Of a DNA stretch of 32,000 nt, positions 18,038 to 28,900 are shown piece after piece. Each line of letters starts with the position of its first letter. Within the stretch, counting starts at the first letter, position 1. Location of the stretch: assembly GCA_000775715.1 (NCBI GenBank), contig JRWQ01000001.1:510225-542224 (forward strand), written 5' to 3'. Below the pieces are notes generated by a model that was given only the letters and a program-made list of their open reading frames with translations, was not told where the DNA came from and searched no databases. The translations under genes were made by a program, and so were the position numbers. This stretch comes from Vibrio tubiashii (GTDB lineage Bacteria > Pseudomonadota > Gammaproteobacteria > Enterobacterales > Vibrionaceae).

Positions 18038-18604
18038 ATGCATCACCTCCTCATTGTCTTGTTGTCTCTCTCAGCTCTATTCGCCGAATCCGCGATTGCG
18101 GCAAGATATTGCACAGAGAAAAACTGGCAAACTGCCACTGATTATTACAAGAAACAAGAAGCGAGGTTCAACAGAAACATCAATGAGCTAAATGAAGTTA
18201 CCGAGCTTTATAATGATTATGTGTTCCTTCAGGATCAATATCCTTCAGACGTGTTAGTTGGTATCTGGCGGAGCGATAACATTGAAGCTAAACGTGCTCT
18301 AGCTACACAGAAGGATTTATTCATCGAGGAAATATCAAAACTAGACCAGACAAAACAAACACTTCTCAAAACATTTTCAAAACTAAAAACAGCCAAAGAA
18401 CTATGGGAAAAACTCGCAGACTATTGCTATGACGAGGATAAATATCAGGATTACAAAACTGGTAGGGACAATATGCGCAAAGTCATTTCAGTCCAAAAGC
18501 GAAGCGATGAACTGTTATCAAAAATTGAGAGGATGAGGCTTAAATACGCTAGCGAGATTGAGCTCATCAATGACTCCAAGCGAAAGGCTAGTGCAGTGAA
18601 ATAG
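18038..18604 (+). CDS. Small secreted helical/coiled-coil protein of unknown function
   Basis: Signal peptide MHHLLIVLLSLSALFAESAIA; remainder charged and helical; two Cys (ARYC, YCYDED). Confidence 0.65.
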   Translation: MHHLLIVLLSLSALFAESAIAARYCTEKNWQTATDYYKKQEARFNRNINELNEVTELYNDYVFLQDQYPSDVLVGIWRSDNIEAKRALATQKDLFIEEISKLDQTKQTLLKTFSKLKTAKELWEKLADYCYDEDKYQDYKTGRDNMRKVISVQKRSDELLSKIERMRLKYASEIELINDSKRKASAVK

Positions 18605-18680
18605 CCACTTGTGTCTAAACGCCGCGATAGATATCAACTATGCAAGGATAACCAGCGTGAAGAAGAGCCGTGACTGGGCT

Positions 18681-19415
18681 TCAACCGTGCTGACGGCGTA
18701 AGTTATCCAAAATAATGCCCGTCGCCATCGCCACGTTTAACGATTCTGCGCCACCAAATGCAGGGATGGTTATTTTATCAGTTACGAACTTAGCAGCTTG
18801 CTCACGAATGCCATGAGATTCACTCCCCATCAGCAAAATGCCTTCAGGCGAAAACTGGGTGTTATGTACACTTTCACCGTCAAGGAATGCGCCATAAACT
18901 GGTAAGTTTGATTTCTCTAGGTAGCTTGGCAGATCAAGCTGAGTCACGGTGACACGACCAAAGCTGCCCATAGTGGCGCTAATGGTTTTTGGGTTGTAAG
19001 GATCGGCGCAGTCGCTGCTAGCGACAATGTGCTTAATACCATACCAATCAGCAACTCGGATGATGGTGCCAAGATTACCCGGATCAGAAACACCATCAAG
19101 CGCAATCATCAAACCTTGTGCTTTTGGCATCTCCGCACTTGGAATTTCAACCACCGCAATGGCAGCATTGTTGCTCACAAGCGTGCTTGCTTTGGTGAGA
19201 TCATCTAAAGACGCTTCAATGCACTCAAAGTTGCCCAGCTCAGAACAATACTGGGCAAGAAATTCAGCCGTGGCAAAGACTTGCTTTACCGTTAATGAGC
19301 TATTCGCCAACTCAAGCACGTTCTTCTCTCCTTGCACCAAAAATAGCCCCTGCGCTTTACGCTGCTTCTTTTGGCCAAGTGCTCGAAGTTGTTTAAGTTG
19401 GTTTTTTGAAATCAT
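18681..19415 (-). CDS. SpoU/TrmH-family RNA 2'-O-methyltransferase
   Basis: KKQRKAQGLFLVQGEKNVLE substrate-binding domain, LDGVSDPGNLGTIIRVADWYGI, LMGSESHGI, LNVAMATGIIL SPOUT motifs. Confidence 0.93.
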   Translation of the reverse strand: MISKNQLKQLRALGQKKQRKAQGLFLVQGEKNVLELANSSLTVKQVFATAEFLAQYCSELGNFECIEASLDDLTKASTLVSNNAAIAVVEIPSAEMPKAQGLMIALDGVSDPGNLGTIIRVADWYGIKHIVASSDCADPYNPKTISATMGSFGRVTVTQLDLPSYLEKSNLPVYGAFLDGESVHNTQFSPEGILLMGSESHGIREQAAKFVTDKITIPAFGGAESLNVAMATGIILDNLRRQHG

Positions 19416-19608
19416 AATCTTTCCACGATAAAGGGATAACCCAGATAAAAGCGCGGCAATTATAGAGTAAAGCCCAGTTGAGCTAAAGAGGCGAGTAAAG
19501 AATAGTCGTGTCGTAGGTGAATTATCTCATTTTGATAGCATCTGATTTTTGACCTTACTACAGGCCCCTCGTGCTAGAATACCCAAGGCAAATATAGCGG
19601 ATAGAAAA

Positions 19609-20244
19609 ATGCAGATTTTTGAACAATTTGAAGCTCAATTTTTGGAATTTATCAACACAGAGATGACCCAAGATCCGGCCCATGATCTTAGCCACGTAAA
19701 ACGGGTGGTAAAAACAGCTAAAACGCTCTGCATACAAGAGAATGCCGAGTTGAACATCGTCGTGCCTGCTGCCTACCTTCACGACTGTTTTACTTTCGCC
19801 AAAGACCATCCTGAACGAGCCAAAAGCTCGGTTATAGCAGCAGATAAAGCGGTCAAACTTCTCGAATCAATAGGCTACCCAGAGAAATATTTCAGCGCCA
19901 TTCATCACGCCATTATGACTCACAGTTACAGTGCGAATATCACTCCAGAAACTCTAGAAGCTCAAATCGTTCAAGATGCAGATCGCCTCGATTCACTTGG
20001 TGCCATTGGCATAGCCCGCTGTATACAAGTAAGTACTAGCTTCGGTTCAAGCCTCTACAACACCGAAGACCCATTCTGTGACAGTCGAGTGTTGAATGAC
20101 AAGCGCTACACTATCGACCACTTCTACAACAAGCTATTCAAACTAGAAGCTTTAATGAACACTCAAGCCGCCAAAACAGAAGCGAACAAACGTACTCAAT
20201 ACATGCGAGCATTCTTAGCTCAACTAGAGTGTGAAATATACTAG
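19609..20244 (+). CDS. HD-domain phosphohydrolase
   Basis: [38 protein letters not shown]. First Met after upstream extension at 19609. Confidence 0.88.
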   Translation: MQIFEQFEAQFLEFINTEMTQDPAHDLSHVKRVVKTAKTLCIQENAELNIVVPAAYLHDCFTFAKDHPERAKSSVIAADKAVKLLESIGYPEKYFSAIHHAIMTHSYSANITPETLEAQIVQDADRLDSLGAIGIARCIQVSTSFGSSLYNTEDPFCDSRVLNDKRYTIDHFYNKLFKLEALMNTQAAKTEANKRTQYMRAFLAQLECEIY

Positions 20245-21200
20245 CTATATAGGTTTTTAATCGTCTCTCTTAACCACTGAATTCTTGGGTTGCGGTTATT
20301 GCGTTTGTGCCAAATCATGGTGAATGGAATGTTCAGTTTTTCTTGCTGAACGTCATCCAATGGAATGGGTAGAGCCACCAAGTCTGGATGCAGTTGCTGA
20401 CAATAGCGTTGGCAATATTTAGGAGCGGTTGTAATCATTTCATGGCCCGATTTTTCAGCAACAAACAGCGCCTGCTCGAACCCCGACATGGTCAAATTCA
20501 CATTACGACTTAACCCAAGCTCGATCAATATTTCATCGAGTGCCCAGCTCTCGCTTTTCTCCCACGTCACATTGATATGCGGATAACTAAGGAACGTCTC
20601 TAAGCTCCACTCTCGTTGTAATGCAGGATGGTCTTTACGCAGATAGACCATTGGTAAATCGGTAAACAACACTTCATAGTTGATATAATACGGCAGCAAG
20701 TCGAGCGACTCTCGTGAGCGCGGATGGCTCTCTCTGCCTGTGAAGCCAATATCCACATCACCTCGGGCTATCGCCTCAAGTGAGTCGTAATCCCAGTTAA
20801 TGAACTTAATCTTTGAATCTGGATAAGTTTGGTGGATTCGAGTAGTGAGTTCATCAACCATGATCAGTGACAATGGCGACTCTACTCCAAGGTTAAAATG
20901 CACACCCGATGGCGCTTCTCCGCCTCGCCTCGACACTATCTGACTACCGATTAGCAGCCAATCAGATAAGCTCTCTTCCATGCTGCTCGCAAGCGTCGTA
21001 GGCTGTAATCCTTGTGGCGTGTTAACAAACAAAGGATCATCAAACCAATCACGCAGTTTACTCAGTGATTTGCTAACTGTAGACGGCGTAACGTTAAGCT
21101 TTTTAGCCGCTTTGGTAACACTCTGTTCTTGCAGTAGCAATTGCAGAGTGAACAATAAATTCAGGTCAAGGCGTGCAAGAGACTTCTTCATTACTAACAT
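20241..21200 (-). CDS. LysR-family transcriptional regulator
   Basis: [61 protein letters not shown]. Confidence 0.93.
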   Translation of the reverse strand: MLVMKKSLARLDLNLLFTLQLLLQEQSVTKAAKKLNVTPSTVSKSLSKLRDWFDDPLFVNTPQGLQPTTLASSMEESLSDWLLIGSQIVSRRGGEAPSGVHFNLGVESPLSLIMVDELTTRIHQTYPDSKIKFINWDYDSLEAIARGDVDIGFTGRESHPRSRESLDLLPYYINYEVLFTDLPMVYLRKDHPALQREWSLETFLSYPHINVTWEKSESWALDEILIELGLSRNVNLTMSGFEQALFVAEKSGHEMITTAPKYCQRYCQQLHPDLVALPIPLDDVQQEKLNIPFTMIWHKRNNRNPRIQWLRETIKNLYS

Positions 21201-22365
21201 TACGTGATTGATTTGAAACTAATAGTATTAGAGTGATGCCGATTGCGCCACCAGCAACGAGTGCGAACAACAACATATTTACCGCAGAGACACCAAGCCA
21301 CGCCATAAACCAGATATACAAGGCTGAACCGCACACCTGTGAGATACCGAGTACCGAACTCGCCAAACCCGCTTTCTTCGAGAATGGGCTTAGTGCTTGG
21401 CTCATCGCAACACCAAACCCCATTGAAAAACCCATGCTAATCAAAGCAAAACCAAACATGTAAAGGGTCGAGCTATCGCCATGCAAGTGAGCCGCAAGGA
21501 TGACGATAGCCGACGTTAACGTAATAATTTGGGAGCCAAGTAATAAAGTGCCTTGTTTAAAATATGACAGTGCCAATGGAGCAGAAAACGATGTCGACAT
21601 CCCGACCATAGCCAAAAGAGCCATGGCCGTTGAATATTCGCCTCGGCTGAAGTTTAAAAGTTCCATCACTATCATAGGCGAGGTGTTTACATAGGTTAAA
21701 ATAGCTATTACCCCTAAAGACGTAAACGCAACGCGAGACAAGAAATAGCGATTAAATAGCGACTCGTGCGAGTCAGAAATGTGACTGCCTGAAAAATCGT
21801 GAGTCTGTTTTGATAATGACTCTTGCAACACAAATGTTGCGATAATTAAAACCACTACCCCCATAGCCGCCATTGCACTAAACAGCACTGGCCAAGGAAA
21901 CTTAAGCATAATCAGGTGACCAATCACAGGAGCTAGGACCGGAATCATACAAGTAATGCCGTTAAGCATAGACAGCACCTTAGCCCGCTTTTGGTCGTCT
22001 AACGTGTCACGTAAAATGGCAAACGCCACCACATAGCAACAGCCCGCGCCAACACCTTGGAAAAAGCGCATCAGTAAAAAGGCATTGCTGGTTTGCGCTT
22101 CACCACCAAGCCAAGAAGCAATGGCAAAAACAATAGCGCCTACTATCGCCACTGGTTTGCGGCCAAAGCGATCAGCAATCCGACCAACAAACAACATGGT
22201 CACAGCCATACCCGATAAGTAGATAGAAAACGCCATATGGAGCTGTGATTCTGTCGCTGCAAGGTCGGCCGCTATCTGAGGTAAACCGACTAAGTAAAGA
22301 TCGATGGCTGTTGGATAGAGCAGCACAAAAGAAAATGCACATAGAAGATATCGGGACATAGCCAC
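21166..22365 (-). CDS. MFS transporter, Bcr/CflA-like drug/metabolite efflux
   Basis: [41 protein letters not shown]; 12-TM pattern. Overlaps the LysR start, suggesting co-transcription. Confidence 0.9.
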   Translation of the reverse strand: MAMSRYLLCAFSFVLLYPTAIDLYLVGLPQIAADLAATESQLHMAFSIYLSGMAVTMLFVGRIADRFGRKPVAIVGAIVFAIASWLGGEAQTSNAFLLMRFFQGVGAGCCYVVAFAILRDTLDDQKRAKVLSMLNGITCMIPVLAPVIGHLIMLKFPWPVLFSAMAAMGVVVLIIATFVLQESLSKQTHDFSGSHISDSHESLFNRYFLSRVAFTSLGVIAILTYVNTSPMIVMELLNFSRGEYSTAMALLAMVGMSTSFSAPLALSYFKQGTLLLGSQIITLTSAIVILAAHLHGDSSTLYMFGFALISMGFSMGFGVAMSQALSPFSKKAGLASSVLGISQVCGSALYIWFMAWLGVSAVNMLLFALVAGGAIGITLILLVSNQSRNVSNEEVSCTP

Positions 22366-22533
22366 CTCACAAAAGAAATCGTTTGCGAAGATAGTATTCG
22401 AGAAGAGATCATTTAGCTTGTTGCCATTTTGACAACAAGCATTTCCATTTACGACACACTAAAGCAACAGGTTGTTAGCAACCGTTCATTAACACTATCA
22501 GCATCACTGAAATTCTGAGTAAACACTCATAAT

Positions 22534-23352
22534 ATGAGTAGTCTGGCTCAACTACTATCGACAACCACAATGCAAAACTTACTTTCAAAGGAGTGGAAGT
22601 CTATCGAATGGGTCTTAACTGACGTCGATGACACTCTTACTTGGCAAGGAAAACTTCCAACAGAAACACTAGTCGCGCTCAGCCAACTACAGCAACATGG
22701 AATTAAAGTTGTTGCCGTTACTGGAGCGTGCGCGGGTTGGTGCGACCATATTGCTCAACTGTGGCCGGTTGATGCTGTTCTAGGAGAAAATGGCGCGTTT
22801 ACCATAGAAAACGGTTGCAAAGGAGTAACCCTCACGAGTTCAGTTCCAATTGATGAAATGCGGTCTCTACAAGCCAAACTCAAACATCAGGTGGAGGCGA
22901 TACTCACCGAGTACCCAGATGTGAACCTTACTCTCGATCAAGCTTATCGCCTATGTGAAGTCGCCATTGACATTGGTCAGAACCGCGAACCTTTAGCAAG
23001 TGATGTGGTCGATCAAATAGTAAGAGAAATACACGCTTTAGGCGCACACGCGACAGCAAGCTCAATCCATATTAATGCGTGGTATGGCGCTCACTCTAAA
23101 CGAGCTAGCACTTACTCGTTTCTCAAAAGTAAAGGGCTATTAGAGCAAGATATCTTGAATAAATGCTGTTATGTCGGTGATTCACTCAATGATCAGCAAA
23201 TGTTTGAAACACTGCCATTTACCGTTGGAGTCGACAATATACGTCAATACTGGGATAAACTGACCCACAAGCCATCGAAAGTCATGTCACTACCCGGAGG
23301 GTTTGGTTTTGCTGAGTTTACCCGACAGTTACTGATACAAAAGGCGACATAG
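22534..23352 (+). CDS. HAD-superfamily hydrolase (HAD-IIB-like)
   Basis: WVLTDVDDTLTWQGKLP, VVAVTGACAGW, GENGA, CCYVGDSLNDQQMFE. Confidence 0.87.
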   Translation: MSSLAQLLSTTTMQNLLSKEWKSIEWVLTDVDDTLTWQGKLPTETLVALSQLQQHGIKVVAVTGACAGWCDHIAQLWPVDAVLGENGAFTIENGCKGVTLTSSVPIDEMRSLQAKLKHQVEAILTEYPDVNLTLDQAYRLCEVAIDIGQNREPLASDVVDQIVREIHALGAHATASSIHINAWYGAHSKRASTYSFLKSKGLLEQDILNKCCYVGDSLNDQQMFETLPFTVGVDNIRQYWDKLTHKPSKVMSLPGGFGFAEFTRQLLIQKAT

Positions 23353-23390
23353 CAAGTTGGTCAGCTATGTCTCTTTTGCTTGATACCCCT

Positions 23391-23585
23391 TCACCCTTCG
23401 TCATCAGATATCGCCAATCGCTTATCTTTTAGATGAGTGTAGAGATGGGCCTGATTACGCTCAATCAGAACCATAGCCATAAGAGGGTTGAGTGCCCGTA
23501 CTTCGCCTTTACGGTAGGGTACGGGAACATCCCACGAATTGTTCTGATACACACCCTCTTCATCAAACTGGACTAGAAACTCCAT
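23391..23585 (-). CDS. Small conserved-looking hypothetical protein (64 aa)
   Basis: MEFLVQFDEEGVYQNNSWDVPVPYRKGE...; strong RBS CTGGAGGTATGC-ATG. Confidence 0.65.
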   Translation of the reverse strand: MEFLVQFDEEGVYQNNSWDVPVPYRKGEVRALNPLMAMVLIERNQAHLYTHLKDKRLAISDDEG

Positions 23586-23678
23586 GCATACCTCCAGAGC
23601 AACATCATGTACCTCTTAAGTTTAGCCTAATTGACAAACCCATTAATAAAAACACGCATGCTGAAATACGGCTTGATC

Positions 23679-23703
23679 AAAAAAGGCAGATTTCTCTGCC
23701 TTT
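23679..23703 (-). terminator. Rho-independent terminator after phn-type operon
   Basis: AAAGGCAGA-tttc-TCTGCCTTT with A-run at 23679-23684 (U-run on the minus strand). Confidence 0.85.
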
Positions 23704-23732
23704 GATATTGAACGCTTGGAACTTTTTGAACA

Positions 23733-24536
23733 TTAAATCAATTTCTTACGTACATGTACTACCAGCGCTTCGGCCAAAATAACGACCGCAAAAATGCTGA
23801 CTAGAACCATCGACACCTTTTGCCACTCGAATAGGTTTTGTGCGTCGTTAAGCACCACACCAATGCCGCCAGCGCCCACTAAACCAAGTACTGCTGACTC
23901 ACGTACATTAATGTCCCAACGGAACAACACAATCGAGAAAAAGGCTGGCATCACTTGCGGCCAGTACCCTTTGAACAAAATACTCATCCAAGGTGCGCCT
24001 GTTGCCTTTAGCGCTTCAATCGTTCCCATGTTCACTTCCGCAATCGCTTCTGCGAGTAGCTTGCCGACAAAGCCAACGCTTCGAACGGCAATCGCCATTA
24101 TCCCAGCTAGAACACCCGGACCAAACAGCGCAATGAACAACAACGCCCATACCAGCGAGTTAACGGAGCGCGACGACACTAAAAAAAACTGTGCAATCCA
24201 GTTCAACGTTTTGCTCGGGGTAATATTCGGCGCATTCAGTAATGCCAATGGAATAGCCAGTCCCAATGTGAACAAAGTACCCAAAGTGGCAATATGCAGG
24301 GTTTCAATCATTGCTGCGTGAATGGTTTGTGGGTAAAACGCGTAGTCTAGCGGTACCATTCGACCAAACATATCTGCAAACTGAGCAGGTGCGTCATAAA
24401 GAAACTCTGGAATGATCTCAACAGTCTGCCAAGACCAAACAATCGCCGAAACAAAACACAAATAAGCAGCGAACCTCGCGAGACGCTCGTTGAACGTAAA
24501 ACGTTGCCATTCTTTATCAATAGAAGCGGTTGTCAT
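23733..24536 (-). CDS. phnE: PhnE-type ABC permease (second)
   Basis: SRSVNSLVWALLFIALFGPGVLAGIMAIAVRSVGFVGKLLAEAIAEVNMGTIEALKATGAP. Confidence 0.9.
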   Translation of the reverse strand: MTTASIDKEWQRFTFNERLARFAAYLCFVSAIVWSWQTVEIIPEFLYDAPAQFADMFGRMVPLDYAFYPQTIHAAMIETLHIATLGTLFTLGLAIPLALLNAPNITPSKTLNWIAQFFLVSSRSVNSLVWALLFIALFGPGVLAGIMAIAVRSVGFVGKLLAEAIAEVNMGTIEALKATGAPWMSILFKGYWPQVMPAFFSIVLFRWDINVRESAVLGLVGAGGIGVVLNDAQNLFEWQKVSMVLVSIFAVVILAEALVVHVRKKLI

Positions 24537-25336
24537 CAGAAGATTCTCCTTACTACATTAGACAAAAACTCACCGACAAGAATCAGCGCAATAATGGTGA
24601 TCAGAATAGCTGCAACAAAGTCGTAATCAAAACGCTGAAATGCTGAGAACAGTGTGCCGCCCAAGCCCCCCGCACCTACGATGCCGACCATAGTTGAATT
24701 ACGTAGATTCGAGTCTAACTGGTAGCTAGCAAAACCAATGAAGCGAGTGAAAACCTGCGGCATCACCGCAAACAAAATAACCCCAACAAAGCTTGCGCCA
24801 GTAGCTCTAATCGCTTCAACTTGCTTAAAAGAGATCTCTTCGATAGCTTCAGCAAACAGCTTGGCAATAAAGCCAATCGACGCAAACACTAAGGTCAAAA
24901 TCCCTGCTAACGCTCCAAATCCCACCGCTTTAACAAATAAAATGGCGATAATCACTGGGTGAAATGAACGACACAGAGCAATAAAGCCACGCACTGGGCT
25001 AGATACCATTGAGGGCATCATATTTCTTGCCGCCAACAGGCCTAAAAACAAGGAGATGACAATACCAAAAAAACTCGAGATGATGGCTATCTGCAAACTC
25101 TCAGCTAAGCCGCTAAGAAGTAGGTTAGAGCGAGAAAAGTCCGGCGGGAACATCCTAGAAAGCAAGCGCTCACTTTCACCAAAACCTATAATTAAACGGT
25201 CAAAACTAAGATTGAGTGTCGAGAAGCTGTAAAACAGATACGCAATAACAGCAACGACTCCCAGTCGGCTCGCCCAGGAAGCTTTAAATGGATTTTCTAC
25301 ACTTGTCGATGTCGGGGATGAACTTAATCCAGCCAT
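24536..25336 (-). CDS. phnE: PhnE-type ABC permease (first)
   Basis: [59 protein letters not shown]. Confidence 0.9.
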   Translation of the reverse strand: MAGLSSSPTSTSVENPFKASWASRLGVVAVIAYLFYSFSTLNLSFDRLIIGFGESERLLSRMFPPDFSRSNLLLSGLAESLQIAIISSFFGIVISLFLGLLAARNMMPSMVSSPVRGFIALCRSFHPVIIAILFVKAVGFGALAGILTLVFASIGFIAKLFAEAIEEISFKQVEAIRATGASFVGVILFAVMPQVFTRFIGFASYQLDSNLRNSTMVGIVGAGGLGGTLFSAFQRFDYDFVAAILITIIALILVGEFLSNVVRRIF

Positions 25337-26109
25337 GATTCACCCCCATAGATAATCTTAAGATCTTCCTCACTGATTCCCTCAGGGCTACCATCGTAGT
25401 GAACTTTGCCGTTACACATACCTATGATGCGATTGGCGAAACGTTTAGCTAAGTTCACGTCATGAATATTGACTAGTACAGGGATCTGTTTGTCTTTGGC
25501 AAATGTCTCCATCAACTCCATGATTTCTACTGCTGTCTTAGGGTCAAGAGAAGAGGTTGGCTCATCGGCCAGTAAGATATATGGGTCTTGCATGACTGCA
25601 CGCGCAATACCAACACGCTGACGCTGACCACCAGAAAGGCTATCTGCACGCTGATTAGCGAAATCCTGTAGCCCAACGAATTCCAGCAGTTCAAATGCTT
25701 TCTTTAGGTCTTCTGCCGAGTAATTACGTCGCCATGCGTTCCATGAAGACATGTAACCTAAACGCCCACTAAGTACGTTTTCAATCACCGTCAGCCTTTC
25801 GACCAAGTTGTACTCTTGGAAAACCATACCGATATGACGACGCTGTTTACGCAATGCTTGGCCTTGTAGCTTAGTTAGGTCTTCACCTTCAAATAAAATT
25901 TCCCCACTGGTTGGGTCATTCAAGCGGTTGATACAACGCAGTAAGGTACTTTTGCCTGTACCGGAAGGGCCAATGATGGCGATGATGCCCGGCTGATCGA
26001 TATCAATATCGATGCCTTTAAGGATTGGCTTGCCTGCTACATATTCATGAAACAGGTTATTGATCTTTATTCCGTCGTATTTTGTTTCGTTACAGCTTGC
26101 TACGGCCAT
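25324..26109 (-). CDS. phnC: PhnC-type ABC ATPase
   Basis: [51 protein letters not shown]. Confidence 0.93.
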   Translation of the reverse strand: MAVASCNETKYDGIKINNLFHEYVAGKPILKGIDIDIDQPGIIAIIGPSGTGKSTLLRCINRLNDPTSGEILFEGEDLTKLQGQALRKQRRHIGMVFQEYNLVERLTVIENVLSGRLGYMSSWNAWRRNYSAEDLKKAFELLEFVGLQDFANQRADSLSGGQRQRVGIARAVMQDPYILLADEPTSSLDPKTAVEIMELMETFAKDKQIPVLVNIHDVNLAKRFANRIIGMCNGKVHYDGSPEGISEEDLKIIYGGESWLD

Positions 26110-26152
26110 ACTACTATTCCTTGTTTTCTTATATTGAGCCTGAATTTTGGGT

Positions 26153-26189
26153 GTACGGTGCCCTATGCCCTACACATAGGGCACCGTAC
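26153..26189 (-). repeat. Strong 15-bp intercistronic hairpin between phnD and phnC
   Basis: GTACGGTGCCCTATG (26153-26167) - ccctaca - CATAGGGCACCGTAC (26175-26189); no T-run. Confidence 0.85.
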
Positions 26190-26211
26190 TTCTGCCGTTG
26201 TTAGAGAGTTA

Positions 26212-27252
26212 TTATTGGCTGGTTGCTTGCTTCGCTAGTTCAGCCGCTTTTTTCTTAGCACGCTTCGCTGCGTCTTTTTCAGCAAGCTTCTTCAGGCCAG
26301 TTTTGGTGTAAGCCGTGCCTGTTGCATGCGCGATATCGCGAATTACAGACCAGTCTTCTTGGTAAGTGATTGGAGAGAAACGATCCGCGCCTTTAAACGC
26401 TTGGCTCATTTCTGGAGTAAATCGGTAGCTAAAGAAAGCTTCATTAATTTTCTCTACCAACTCTGGTTTAAGGTTGTGTGCATAGCCAAATGCAGAAGTA
26501 GGGAAACGTGGACTGCGATAAATGATCTTAAGCTCAGAATCATCAACACGACCTGCGGCTACCATACGGTCATACACATCAGATGCAACTGGAGCTGCGT
26601 CGTAGTCTCCGTTATATACACCTAAAATAGATTGGTCATGTTTGCCTGAGTAAAGTACTTTATAGTCTTCATCAGGAACGAGACCTTGAGCAGGAAAGAG
26701 TGCACGCGGCGCTAAGTTACCTGAGTTGGATGAAGCAGAAGTATGAGCAACTCGCTTACCTTTAAGATCTGCCATATCGTTGATACCGCTATCTTTACGT
26801 ACAATGGTCACTAGGTTATAGCCTTGGAAGCCCGCTTCATCACCTTTAACCGCAATTGGCACGTAGCCCGCTAAGTTTACGGCATATCCTGTAGGTCCAG
26901 TGGAGAAGCCTGCTACATGCAAACGACCTGAGCGCATTGCTTCAACCTGAGCAGAGTTTGAGTGAACCGTGTAGTAAATGACCTTTTTACCCGTGATCTT
27001 GCTTAGGTGTGCTTGAAAGTCAGCAAAAGCATCTTTATAAAGCGCTGGGTCTTCTACTGGTGTATAAGTAAATACTAGCGTACTTGGGTCTATCCATTCA
27101 CTTGCATCTTTTGGTGCGTCAGCGACCAAGTCTTGGTTTTCATCACAGTATCTTTCATCCAGCACCCCGCGATTTGCACACTCACTTGCCATTACCATCG
27201 ATGGAAGCAGCAAAGAGCCAGCGATTAACAATCCTTTTACACTGTTTTTCAT
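26212..27252 (-). CDS. phnD: PhnD-type periplasmic binding protein
   Basis: Signal peptide MKNSVKGLLIAGSLLLPSMVMAS; FTYTPVEDPALYKDAFADFQAHLSKITGKKVIYY; DLKGKRVAHTSASSNSGNLAPRALF. Confidence 0.92.
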   Translation of the reverse strand: MKNSVKGLLIAGSLLLPSMVMASECANRGVLDERYCDENQDLVADAPKDASEWIDPSTLVFTYTPVEDPALYKDAFADFQAHLSKITGKKVIYYTVHSNSAQVEAMRSGRLHVAGFSTGPTGYAVNLAGYVPIAVKGDEAGFQGYNLVTIVRKDSGINDMADLKGKRVAHTSASSNSGNLAPRALFPAQGLVPDEDYKVLYSGKHDQSILGVYNGDYDAAPVASDVYDRMVAAGRVDDSELKIIYRSPRFPTSAFGYAHNLKPELVEKINEAFFSYRFTPEMSQAFKGADRFSPITYQEDWSVIRDIAHATGTAYTKTGLKKLAEKDAAKRAKKKAAELAKQATSQ

Positions 27253-27298
27253 ATTAGAACCTTACATTCACGTTATTGTTGATGTTCACTCTTCGTAT

Positions 27299-27314
27299 AG
27301 CAGGGGACGTGCCA
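27299..27314 (-). promoter_or_regulatory. Sigma-54 promoter for phnD operon
   Basis: Minus strand TGGCACG-TCCC-CTGCT matches TGGCACG-N4-TTGCW with invariant GG/GC at correct spacing. Confidence 0.85.
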
Positions 27315-27373
27315 ATTATTTTAATTATTATTTTCAATAACTTACTCTACATACCACTCTCTTAGATTTCATT

Positions 27374-27422
27374 TGGGTCATTTCTGTCTAGCTGATGTGA
27401 TTCTATTTGGGTCATTTCTGTC
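27374..27422 (-). promoter_or_regulatory. Tandem upstream activator-type sites for phnD promoter
   Basis: TGGGTCATTTCTGTC at 27374-27388 and 27408-27422 (identical, 34-bp period); each is an imperfect dyad GGGTCA-N4-TGTCyy. Confidence 0.75.
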
Positions 27423-27440
27423 CCAGTACCTTTGATGCTC

Positions 27441-27462
27441 AAAAAAGGGCTCGAAAGCCCTT
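27441..27462 (-). terminator. Rho-independent terminator of the GDPD gene
   Basis: AAGGGCT-cgaa-AGCCCTT with plus-strand aaaaaa at 27441-27446 (U-run on the minus strand). Confidence 0.85.
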
Positions 27463-27503
27463 ATATTATTTCGAAAAACATACGCGCTGAGACGTTGGTT
27501 CCT

Positions 27504-28715
27504 TTAGATATCCATACAGTTAGCGTAGTAAGTCACGGTAGAAGGCCAATCACTGAACACGCCCAGCACTCCAACATCTTGTGCCAAAACATCAAGTACG
27601 TTCATCATGTCACCATCTTGATTGATCTGTTCAGTCACCGTTTGATAGTACCAACCACCACCTTGCGCAAGCGGCCCTGAACGCTCCAACGTCCAAGCAA
27701 TAATGTCGAGATCAGCTTGTTTTGCCAGCTTGGCGTACTCAGACGCGACAATCGAATTGTTATCATCAAGCTGTATCAACGCATAAAGTGGCGGAGCGAT
27801 GATCTGCACGCCCTGTTTTGATAACGCTTTCATATTTTCTAAGGTTGCTGTGAAACCTTCTAAGTTGTACACGCGATCATCGAGATACACTGCTTGTTTG
27901 CCAAACTCAGGTTCATTGTTGATCCAGTACTTCACATCGTCGAGATTGAATGACTGAACATACGCATCTTTCGCAGAGAACCCTGCTGCTTTCAGCTCAT
28001 CAACCAGTTTCTGAGCGTACATCTCTTGGCTAAAGCCTTGATAAGGCATCTCAACTTTTGCTGACTTAAGCTCTGGAGTGACCTTTACGCCATGCTTTTT
28101 GAATAGTTCAGCACTTTCTGCATGGGTCATTAACGTACCTGTCTGCGAGTACAAATCAGTTCGCCAACCAGGTGTGCCACTCATGTACTCTTCAATAGTG
28201 GTCGCTTTCGGGTTTGCGCCATCCATTTTACCTTTAAGAGTTTTAAACTCCGCCAAAGTAAAATCAGAAGTACGGCACTCAACTTGCGCATCTTCACCCG
28301 TTTCTGGGTTAGCTGGCTTAAATGGTACCGAGCATTTCTTCGCTAGCTCTGGGTGAGCAAGAACATCCGTGGTGGTATGCAAGTCACTTTGTGAATGACG
28401 ACAGACAAGCTGTTTATCTTTAGTAAACGTAACATCGCACTCCAAAACCCCTGCCCCCATTGCAATCGCAGCCAAATAAGACTCCTTAGTATGCTCAGGA
28501 AATTGCATCGCCGCGCCGCGGTGGCCAATTGAAAAGTCACTGCGATAGAATGGGCCATCACTACAGCTTTCAAGCTTAGTTTTGAGCGGACTCTCTTCCA
28601 TATCACTCACGAGATAGATAGGGCGAGGGCCAACCTGCGCCGGTTCATTACCCGCCATGGCTATTGCGCTAACACCTAACAATAGAGCGATACTACTGGT
28701 TAAGATATGCTTCAT
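27504..28715 (-). CDS. Periplasmic glycerophosphodiester phosphodiesterase (GlpQ/GDPD-like)
   Basis: Signal peptide [21 protein letters not shown]; [47 protein letters not shown]. Track start 28853 is upstream of the promoter; start 28715 has GGAGAAAC RBS. Confidence 0.92.
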   Translation of the reverse strand: MKHILTSSIALLLGVSAIAMAGNEPAQVGPRPIYLVSDMEESPLKTKLESCSDGPFYRSDFSIGHRGAAMQFPEHTKESYLAAIAMGAGVLECDVTFTKDKQLVCRHSQSDLHTTTDVLAHPELAKKCSVPFKPANPETGEDAQVECRTSDFTLAEFKTLKGKMDGANPKATTIEEYMSGTPGWRTDLYSQTGTLMTHAESAELFKKHGVKVTPELKSAKVEMPYQGFSQEMYAQKLVDELKAAGFSAKDAYVQSFNLDDVKYWINNEPEFGKQAVYLDDRVYNLEGFTATLENMKALSKQGVQIIAPPLYALIQLDDNNSIVASEYAKLAKQADLDIIAWTLERSGPLAQGGGWYYQTVTEQINQDGDMMNVLDVLAQDVGVLGVFSDWPSTVTYYANCMDI

Positions 28716-28825
28716 CTGTTGTTTCTCCTTGCAGCAAATAGTTATTAGTTTATGTCGCTCTGGCTTTATGAAGTTCTTACGCGTTAATGCAACTCCCTGA
28801 CTTCTCGCCAGAACCATAAGCAATT

Positions 28826-28841
28826 TGCACGCAACGTGCCA
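28826..28841 (-). promoter_or_regulatory. Sigma-54 promoter for GDPD gene
   Basis: Minus strand TGGCACG-TTGC-GTGCA; -24 element perfect, -12 GC at correct spacing. Confidence 0.87.
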
Positions 28842-28900
28842 AAAACTTTTCACTTACAATTCAATCAGATAAACATCACAGGATTATTTAACTTCTGTGA

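Noticed and set aside
23492-23782. 96-aa plus-strand ORF
   Set aside because: Overlaps the minus-strand 64-aa ORF that has a strong RBS and the 3' end of phnE; composition not protein-like.
27371-27422. 18-bp direct repeats initially considered an IS-end remnant
   Set aside because: No transposase fragment nearby, and the same core recurs at 28901-28915 at the identical 60-bp distance from a second sigma-54 promoter, which fits activator sites much better.
28716-28853. N-terminal extension of the GDPD ORF in the track
   Set aside because: Start 28715 gives a clean signal peptide and RBS; the extension would overlap the sigma-54 promoter.
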